Shown here piece after piece: positions 1 through 6,144 of a stretch of 64,000 nt of DNA. This DNA is from an uncultured Actinomycetes bacterium (GTDB lineage Bacteria; Actinomycetota; Actinomycetes; Jiangellales; Jiangellaceae), in assembly GCA_964400785.1 (NCBI GenBank), contig CAYNWB010000004.1, forward strand, positions 677-64,676, in the 5' to 3' direction. The number at the start of each line of letters is the position of its first letter. Positions within the stretch are counted from its first letter, which is position 1. The notes under the pieces are model-generated. The model searched no databases. It was given only the letters and a program-made list of their open reading frames with translations, and was not told the DNA's origin. A program made the position numbers and the translations under genes.

Positions 1-405
1 CACGCGCATGAGCGCCGCGTCGTCGAGAACGAAGTCGTCGTCAACGACGTATCCGTACGTGCGGTCGGTCATGGCGACTGCAAGAACGTAGTCGTGCACT
101 CCGAGCCCGGTGGCGGCGAACGTTGCGTCAGCCCATTGCTGCGGGTCGGTCCCATCGAACGAGTCGACGAAGACCACCCACATCCGCACGCCGTGCTGGG
201 CGTGGAGAGTGTCGAAGGCCGCTCGGATCTCGCCGACGTGGCCCCTCACGGCCCCGACCTGGTCGGTGATCTGGTCGGGTAGCGCGAACGGCTCAACCGC
301 GACCACGGGGGGCGTGTTCGCCAACCCGATGACCATCGCAGCCATGAGCAGGAGCATGACTCGAGCAACGAAACCGCGAGCATGGGCGCAAGACCGCGTG
401 AGCAT
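1..405 (-). CDS. TPM domain-containing protein (N-terminal part; gene runs off the left edge)
   Basis: Absent from the ORF track because no stop lies in the window. The reverse frame is open from ATG at 405 to base 1. It reads MLTRS..MLLLMAAMVIGLA (signal/TM), then HGVRMWVVFVDSFDGTDPQQWADATFAATGLGVHDYVLAVAMTDRTYGYVVDD, the pattern of actinobacterial TPM-fold proteins. Confidence 0.55.
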   Translation of the reverse strand, partial: MLTRSCAHARGFVARVMLLLMAAMVIGLANTPPVVAVEPFALPDQITDQVGAVRGHVGEIRAAFDTLHAQHGVRMWVVFVDSFDGTDPQQWADATFAATGLGVHDYVLAVAMTDRTYGYVVDDDFVLDDAALMRV

Positions 406-576
406 CCGAACTCACCCCTAGCAGCACCATGGACGTGGCCCAAGCAGGCTGCAAGGGCCATATGGACCGGTGTCCGGACCCCTGGCGCAGCGCAGGCTCC
501 CGCTCAGAGCCGCCGTGCCCGGGGGTGCGCAGTTGCGGCTGGGCCCCTGCCTGTCGGATGCCGTTCTGCGCCGGGG

Positions 577-605
577 TTGACAAGTAATGTGATCTAGAAC
601 ACAGT
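577..605 (+). promoter_or_regulatory. Candidate sigma-70-type promoter for the 643..1041 gene
   Basis: Perfect TTGACA at 577-582 inside a short AT-rich island in otherwise GC-rich DNA. After a 17-nt spacer comes CACAGT (600-605), which keeps the A2 and T6 of TANNNT. AAGGGA Shine-Dalgarno at 631-636 precedes ATG 643. Confidence 0.4.
588..603. promoter_or_regulatory. CRP/FNR-like 16-bp palindromic operator candidate
   Basis: TGTGATCTAGAACACA equals TGTGA-N6-ACACA, 9 of 10 matches to the CRP half-site consensus TGTGA-N6-TCACA. The core TCTAGA is itself palindromic. The site lies in the spacer/-10 zone of the candidate promoter. Confidence 0.4.
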
Positions 606-642
606 CGCGTGCGTCCGCGTACCTCTGCGAAAGGGATGGGCG

Positions 643-1041
643 ATGAAGCGTCTGGGGTCGGTTGTCGGAGTCGCGGTGCTGGTTCTCGGTGGTCTGGCGG
701 TGCCAGCCTCAGCTGTTGGCAAGGACGAGGCTCCGGCTCAGGTCTGCAAGGCGCTCGACAACACGTGGGAGTTCCCGGGGGACGATCGGCCGTTCGAGTT
801 CACCATCCAGTCGGACGGAGGCTGCGCCTCGAGCGTGGCTCAGGGCTTCCCCGACTCCTGGGTGCTCAGCGGGTCGGCGTTCATCTCGCAGTGCAAGTTC
901 CTCGAGGACCTGGGAGTCGTCTCGTACCCCTACGCCTTCTACGGCAACCCCGACTACGTGGCCAAGAACCGCGCGGACTGCAAGCACTTCCTCAGCTCGT
1001 TCCACTTCGGGCTGCTTCCCCCTGGACCCGGGGGCGGGTAA
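643..1041 (+). CDS. Small secreted protein with four cysteines (hypothetical)
   Basis: ORF-track protein starts MKRLGSVVGVAVLVLGGLAVPASAVG (Sec signal, AxA cleavage site). The mature part has 4 Cys and a Gly/Pro tail. Coding-type codon bias; SD upstream. Confidence 0.6.
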   Translation: MKRLGSVVGVAVLVLGGLAVPASAVGKDEAPAQVCKALDNTWEFPGDDRPFEFTIQSDGGCASSVAQGFPDSWVLSGSAFISQCKFLEDLGVVSYPYAFYGNPDYVAKNRADCKHFLSSFHFGLLPPGPGGG

Positions 1042-1102
1042 TCACCCAATCCCGTCCTAGGGGCGTGGACCCGCACGGCAAACGACGCTATTTCATCGCA
1101 CG

Positions 1103-1131
1103 TTGACTTAAACAGTCTGGCCTTCTACCGT
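1103..1131 (+). promoter_or_regulatory. Candidate promoter giving a leaderless or near-leaderless transcript of the ABC operon
   Basis: TTGACT (1103-1108), 17-nt spacer, TACCGT (1126-1131, TANNNT). Only 7 nt (cgcagcc, no SD) separate the -10 box from ATG 1139. Confidence 0.45.
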
Positions 1132-1138
1132 CGCAGCC

Positions 1139-2182
1139 ATGAGAGCGATGGTGCTCAAGGAGTTCCGCGAGCTGCGGCGCGACCGCCGCACGATGGCGAT
1201 GATCGTCTTTCTCCCCATCCTGCTGCTGGTCGTCTTCGGCTACGCCGCCAACTTCAAGGTCGACACGATCGAGACCGCGGTCGTGGGCCCGCAGGCCGAG
1301 CAGGTGGCCGCCGGCCTGCCCGACCTGCTCGAGGTCGTCGAGACCGACGTGGACGGCACCGAGCAGACAGGGGTCGACCTGCTCACCCGCGACACCGCCG
1401 ACGTGGCCGTGGTCACCGGCGCCCAGCCGCCGACGGTGCTCGTCGACGGCTCGGCGTTGTTCTCCGCCCAGGCTGCCGTGTCAGCTCTCAACCGGCTCGG
1501 AGACCAGGTGCAGGTCGAGGTGCTGTTCAACCCCGACCTGGAGACCTCGTGGGTGATGGTGCCGGGCATCGTCGGGCTGATCCTCATGTTCGTCGGCACC
1601 GTCGTCACCAGCATCGGCCTGGTGAAGGAGCGCGAGCGAGGCACTCTGGAGCAGCTCGCGGTGATGCCGATCCGCCCGAGCACGGTGATCCTCGGCAAGA
1701 TCAGCCCCTACTTCGTGCTGGCCTCGCTCGACATGGTGCTGGTGACGGTGCTGGGCATGGTGCTCTTCGACGTTCCGTTCAACGGAAACGTGCTGACCTT
1801 CGCGCTGGGCGCCGCACTCTTCCTCTTCGTGGTGCTGGGCATCGGCGTGTTCATCTCGACGATCTCCACGACGGTCGGGCAGGCGATCCAGACCGCGTTC
1901 TTCTTCTTGCTGCCCCAGATTCTGCTGTCGGGATTCATCTTTCCCCTCGACGCGATCCCGTGGGGCGTGCGGTGGATCTCGTACCTGCTGCCGCTCACCT
2001 ACTTCACCCAGATCTCCCAGGGTGTGATGCTGCGCGGGGCGCCGATCGACTCGCTGTGGTTGCCCCTGCTGGCCCTCACCCTGATGGCGGTCGTCGTCTT
2101 CACCGGCGCCGTCCTTCGCTTCAGGCGGGCGCTGACGCCCGGACGGCCTCGACGCGCCCGCCACGGCGTGGTGGCGTCGTGA
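1139..2182 (+). CDS. ABC-2 type transporter permease
   Basis: MRAMVLKEFRELRRDRRTMAMIVFLPILLLV start, a large extracytoplasmic loop and then 5 further TM segments. This is the YhhJ/YbhS-like ABC-2 architecture. Confidence 0.85.
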   Translation: MRAMVLKEFRELRRDRRTMAMIVFLPILLLVVFGYAANFKVDTIETAVVGPQAEQVAAGLPDLLEVVETDVDGTEQTGVDLLTRDTADVAVVTGAQPPTVLVDGSALFSAQAAVSALNRLGDQVQVEVLFNPDLETSWVMVPGIVGLILMFVGTVVTSIGLVKERERGTLEQLAVMPIRPSTVILGKISPYFVLASLDMVLVTVLGMVLFDVPFNGNVLTFALGAALFLFVVLGIGVFISTISTTVGQAIQTAFFFLLPQILLSGFIFPLDAIPWGVRWISYLLPLTYFTQISQGVMLRGAPIDSLWLPLLALTLMAVVVFTGAVLRFRRALTPGRPRRARHGVVAS

Positions 2183-2997
2183 CCTACGGCGTACGTGACG
2201 TCACGGTGCGCTTCGGCGACGTCACCGCGCTGCAGGACGTCACCGTCGCGGCCGAGCCCGGCGCCGTCTGCGCCGTCGTCGGCGGCGACGGCGCCGGCAA
2301 GAGCACGCTGCTGCGCACCGTCGTCGGGCGCGTGACTCCCGTCAGTGGCCGCGCTCTCGCACCCCCACCGCGTCACATCGGGTACCAGCCGTCCACCGGT
2401 GGCTGGTGGGCCGATCTCACGGTCGCGGAGAACGTCGACTTCGTCGGCGGTTCCTACGGGTTGCGCGGCGCGCCGCTGCGACGTCGCGCGGACGACCTGC
2501 TGGGTCGTGCTGGGCTGCTTGATGCCCGTGACCGGCTGGCCCGCAACCTCTCCGGCGGTATGCGCACCAAGCTCGGGTTCTGCCTCGCGATGCTGCACGA
2601 CCCCGCGCTTCTCGTGCTGGACGAGCCCAGCACGGGCGTCGACCCGGTGAGCCGGGTCGAGCTGTGGCGTCTGCTCTCCCAGACCGTGGCGGCCGGGACG
2701 GCTGTGCTGCTCTCGACCAGCTATCTGGACGAGGCCGAGCGCGCGGGAACCGTGCTGGTGCTGGAGCGCGGGCGAGCGCTGCTGGCCGGCACCCCGCGTG
2801 AGGTCATCGCGTCGTCGCCGGGTGTGGTGGTGCGCACGCGTGCGGTGACCCGGCCCGAGTACTCCTGGCGGCACGCGGACGGATTCCGCGAGTGGTGGCC
2901 CGTGGCCGCTCCCGACGGCCAGAGGCCCCTGGAGGTCGATCTCGAGGACGTCGCCATCGTGGCCTCGTTGCGGAGCAGTGCGGGCGTGGTCGCGTGA
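2179..2997 (+). CDS. ABC transporter ATP-binding protein (NBD1, degenerate H-loop)
   Basis: GTG at 2179 overlaps the permease stop (GTGA). Walker A GGDGAGKST, signature LSGGMRTK, Walker B LLVLDEPSTGVD. The H-loop position reads LLSTSYLDEA (Ser in place of His). Confidence 0.85.
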   Translation: MTYGVRDVTVRFGDVTALQDVTVAAEPGAVCAVVGGDGAGKSTLLRTVVGRVTPVSGRALAPPPRHIGYQPSTGGWWADLTVAENVDFVGGSYGLRGAPLRRRADDLLGRAGLLDARDRLARNLSGGMRTKLGFCLAMLHDPALLVLDEPSTGVDPVSRVELWRLLSQTVAAGTAVLLSTSYLDEAERAGTVLVLERGRALLAGTPREVIASSPGVVVRTRAVTRPEYSWRHADGFREWWPVAAPDGQRPLEVDLEDVAIVASLRSSAGVVA

Positions 2998-3854
2998 GCG
3001 CCGCTCCGCTCATCGAAGCGGTCGGTCTGACCCGGCGGTTCGGCCCCGACCTCGCCGTCGACGCCGTCTCGTTCGAGGTCGGCCCGGGCGAGGTGGTCGG
3101 GCTTCTGGGCGCCAACGGTGCGGGCAAGACCACCACCATCCGGATGCTGCTCGGTCTGCTCGCGCCCACGGCAGGCGAGGCCCGCCTGCTCGGTGGACCG
3201 CCGAGTCAGCGCAACCGTGCGGCTCTCGGCTACGTGCCGCAGGGGCTCGGCCTGTACCAAGACCTGACCGCTACCGAGAACATGGTCTTCAGTGCGGCCG
3301 CCTACGGCGTTCGTCCGCAACCCCTGACGGGTGCTCTCGCGCAGGCCGGGGGTCGCCTGGTGCACACCCTGCCGCTCGGGCTGCAGCGCCAGCTCGCATT
3401 CGTGTGTGCGCTGCAGCACTCGCCTCGGGCCCTCGTGCTCGACGAGCCGACGTCGGGCGTGGAGCCGCTGGCTCGAGCCCACCTGTGGGACACCATTCGC
3501 GCCCAGGCGGACGCGGGCGTCGGCGTTCTGGTGACCACGCACTACATGCAGGAGGCCCGCCAGTGCGACCGCCTGCTGCTGATGTCGAGGGGACGCGTCG
3601 TCGGCACCGGCAACGAGGCCGACCTGGTGCGGGGCACGAGGGTCGCCGCGGTCGTAGCGGACGCCTGGCAGAAGGCCTTCGAGGCACTGGACGCGGCCGG
3701 TGTGCCCGTCACGCTGGCCGGCACCACCGTCCGGGTCGTGAACGTGGAGGTGGCCGAGATCGAGGCGGTGCTCGCCGACGCCGGGGTGTCGGCGCGCGTG
3801 GAACCCGTCACCGCGACCATCGACGAGCGCATGGTCGTGCTCGCCCGCGCATGA
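2994..3854 (+). CDS. ABC transporter ATP-binding protein (NBD2, degenerate signature motif)
   Basis: GTG at 2994 overlaps the previous stop (GTGA). Walker A GANGAGKTT, Walker B LVLDEPTSGVE, canonical H-loop VLVTTHYMQEA. The signature position reads LPLGLQRQ instead of LSGGxxQR. Confidence 0.85.
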   Translation: MSAAPLIEAVGLTRRFGPDLAVDAVSFEVGPGEVVGLLGANGAGKTTTIRMLLGLLAPTAGEARLLGGPPSQRNRAALGYVPQGLGLYQDLTATENMVFSAAAYGVRPQPLTGALAQAGGRLVHTLPLGLQRQLAFVCALQHSPRALVLDEPTSGVEPLARAHLWDTIRAQADAGVGVLVTTHYMQEARQCDRLLLMSRGRVVGTGNEADLVRGTRVAAVVADAWQKAFEALDAAGVPVTLAGTTVRVVNVEVAEIEAVLADAGVSARVEPVTATIDERMVVLARA

Positions 3855-4513
3855 CGGGTGGGGGGCGAGGCCGTCGGCCCGGGTCGAGCACGACCCGCGG
3901 CGAGATCCTCAGCGCCGCGCGAGAGCTGTTCGCCCGGCAGGGGTACGAGAACGCCAGCCTTCGTGCCATCGCCCGTCGCGCGGGCGTCGACGTCGCGCTC
4001 ATCGCCCACTTCTTCGGGTCGAAGCAGGGGCTGCTGCGCGAGGTGCTGACGCCCCCCGTCGACCCGTCCCAGCTGATCGGGAACGCGCTGGTCGGTGCTG
4101 AGAGGGACCGGATGGGTGAGGCGTTCGTGCGGGGCGTCGTGTCGGCGTGGGACGCGCCGGCCTACAACGCAGCGCTCACCGGCGGCCTGCGGACCGCCGT
4201 GACGAACGAGCTCGCGATGACCTACCTGCGCGAGATGATGATGACGACAGTGGTGGGGGCGGTCTCGGCGCTCTCGGGTGACGACCGTGCGGGTCGGCGA
4301 GCCGAGCTCGTGGCGGCGCAGATGATCGGTGTGGCCATGGCTCGCTACCTGCTCGAGCTGCCTGAGGTGACGGCGATGACACCGGACGAGCTCGCGCGAG
4401 CAGTGGGGCCGTCGGTGCAGCACCTGCTGACGGCACCGCTGGACTCACCCGACTCAACGGTCCCGATCGACCATGTAGGGAATGAGGTCGGCGACGAACC
4501 GGCGGGAAGGTGA
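3851..4513 (+). CDS. TetR/AcrR family transcriptional regulator
   Basis: ATG 3851 overlaps the preceding stop (ATGA). N-terminal HTH ILSAARELFARQGYENASLRAIARRAGVDVALIAHFFGSKQGL. The last 60 nt overlap the convergent gene at 4454..5488. Confidence 0.85.
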   Translation: MTGGGRGRRPGSSTTRGEILSAARELFARQGYENASLRAIARRAGVDVALIAHFFGSKQGLLREVLTPPVDPSQLIGNALVGAERDRMGEAFVRGVVSAWDAPAYNAALTGGLRTAVTNELAMTYLREMMMTTVVGAVSALSGDDRAGRRAELVAAQMIGVAMARYLLELPEVTAMTPDELARAVGPSVQHLLTAPLDSPDSTVPIDHVGNEVGDEPAGR

Positions 4514-5488
4514 GTCCGGGACACCCGCGAAGGCCTGCTCGAACGCCTCACCGGCCGAGTCGGCGATACCGCGGGCGAACTGGTCGGCGAACGCCACGCT
4601 GCCGTAGTCGTCCATCATGCTGCGGACGTCGGCGATCGCTTGCGTCGTGCGTCGTGGCGGTGGCAGTGCCAAGAACCGCGTCACGCGGTCGCGGTCGGTG
4701 TCGGAGGCAGCGGCGAGCAGATGGATGACCATCAGGGTTCGCTTGCCCTCGCGCAGGTCTCCCAGCGGCTCCTTGCCGTAGCGCTCGTAGGCCGCGGTGA
4801 GGTTGAGCACGTCGTCGCGAATCTGGAACGCGGCGCCGAGAAAGAAGCCGAACCGGAGCAACGGCTCGAGATCGATCGACCGCTTCGCGCCGACCAGGGC
4901 ACCGACCCGCAGCGGCAGGACGGTGGTGTACCAGCAGGTCTTCTTCATGATCAGGTCGAGGTAGTCGTCGGGGGTCAGGTCGGTCCGCCCGTCGCGCTGC
5001 CACCCCAGCTCGAGGGCCTGGCCGTCCACGGTCTGGCCGGCCATGAAGTCGAACTCCGACCACACTCGTGCGGCGAGCCGCCTGCCCAGCCGCCGTTCGT
5101 TGTCGCGCAACGCTCGCAGCCCGACGACGGCCAGCCCGTCGCCGGCGTTGAGGGCCAGGGCACGGCCGTACTGCCGGTGCAGGGTGGGGCCCCCGCGGCG
5201 CAGCTCGCTGTCGTCCTCGAGGTCGTCGTGGACGAGAAAGGCGGTGTGCAGCAGCTCGATGGCAGCCGCCGAGGGCAGCGCGTCGGCCTCCTGCCCTCCG
5301 AACGCGGCACAGGTGGCCAGGCACAGGGCCGGGCGCAGGCCCTTGCCGCCCCGACGCAGGTACTCCGCAGCAGGATCAGTCAGGTAGACGCTGGTGGCGC
5401 TGGCCGCGAGGTAGGACAGGGCCGCCTCGCGGGCCAGTGCCTCGTACGTGTCGAGCTGCGTGGCGAACCCGGGGGTGCCCTCGGTCAT
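4454..5488 (-). CDS. Polyprenyl diphosphate synthase (GGPP-synthase-like trans-isoprenyl diphosphate synthase)
   Basis: First Asp-rich motif FLVHDDLEDDSELRRGGPTLH and second motif FQIRDDVLNL, with the typical KKT/GKR elements. ATG 5488 overlaps the upstream stop (ATGA). Confidence 0.9.
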   Translation of the reverse strand: MTEGTPGFATQLDTYEALAREAALSYLAASATSVYLTDPAAEYLRRGGKGLRPALCLATCAAFGGQEADALPSAAAIELLHTAFLVHDDLEDDSELRRGGPTLHRQYGRALALNAGDGLAVVGLRALRDNERRLGRRLAARVWSEFDFMAGQTVDGQALELGWQRDGRTDLTPDDYLDLIMKKTCWYTTVLPLRVGALVGAKRSIDLEPLLRFGFFLGAAFQIRDDVLNLTAAYERYGKEPLGDLREGKRTLMVIHLLAAASDTDRDRVTRFLALPPPRRTTQAIADVRSMMDDYGSVAFADQFARGIADSAGEAFEQAFAGVPDSPSRRFVADLIPYMVDRDR

Positions 5489-6144
5489 CCGACGGCCTCA
5501 GGTCCGCCCGCCACCTCGACAGCCACCGGCAGCGGCTCGTCGGGCGCTCCCGAGACAAGCAGGAGGCCGTGGTAGAGACCGGCCTTCTGGTCCGCAGGAA
5601 CCCGCACCGACAGGCGCACCTCGACTCGACCGCCGGCGGCCACCTCGTCCACGACCCTCGGCGAGGTGCGCAGAGCCGTGCTGCCCAGCCGTGCCCCGCT
5701 GGCACACACGAGGTCCGTCGCACCCAGCAGCAGGTGCGTCACCGCCTCGGCCCCGGAGTTGTGGACCCACAGTGTCGCCTCGCCGACGCCGCCCGGCGGG
5801 GTCGCAGCGACGGTGACGCAGTCAGGCACCGGCGGGCTCGACGCCAGGCCCTGCCCGAACGCCAGGCCCTGCCCGGCCGCCAGGTTCGCCGCGTGGTCGA
5901 GCACTCGAAGGTAGGACTCGGCCACTGCGGCGCCCGACTGGAGGACGGCCTCGCGGTCGGCCCCGGGGCCGGCTCCCGTGAGGGCATCGACGACAGTGCC
6001 GCCGATGGCCGAGTCCACGATGCCGACGTAGCGGTCGACGACCGCAGCCGCAGAGGCCAGGCCGAAGCGCTGCACCTGCGCTGCCAGCCGGCGAGCCTGG
6101 TCGGCGGCACCGGGCACGAGGCCCGGGTGTGGTGTGCCGCTCAC
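5485..6144 (-). CDS. Hypothetical protein (219 aa): Ala-rich helical N-half, GQGLA x2 linker, predicted beta-rich C-half
   Basis: Open frame wedged between two supported genes, with 4-nt overlaps at both ends (GTGA at 6141-6144, ATGA at 5485-5488). Coding-type codon bias. No family recognised by eye. Confidence 0.65.
   Translation of the reverse strand: MSGTPHPGLVPGAADQARRLAAQVQRFGLASAAAVVDRYVGIVDSAIGGTVVDALTGAGPGADREAVLQSGAAVAESYLRVLDHAANLAAGQGLAFGQGLASSPPVPDCVTVAATPPGGVGEATLWVHNSGAEAVTHLLLGATDLVCASGARLGSTALRTSPRVVDEVAAGGRVEVRLSVRVPADQKAGLYHGLLLVSGAPDEPLPVAVEVAGGPEAVG

Noticed and set aside
4454-4513. 60-nt convergent overlap of the TetR and polyprenyl synthase 3' ends as an antisense regulatory device
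   Set aside because: Tail-to-tail overlaps of this size arise easily in GC-rich genomes, where stop codons are rare. The TetR tail encoded here (..PIDHVGNEVGDEPAGR) looks unstructured, and there is no further evidence.
5843-5875. 15-nt exact direct repeat (GCCAGGCCCTGCCCG twice, 18-nt period) as a regulatory or slippage repeat
   Set aside because: It lies inside the P219 coding frame and simply encodes a duplicated GQGLA linker. With only two copies, it is noted under the P219 finding instead.
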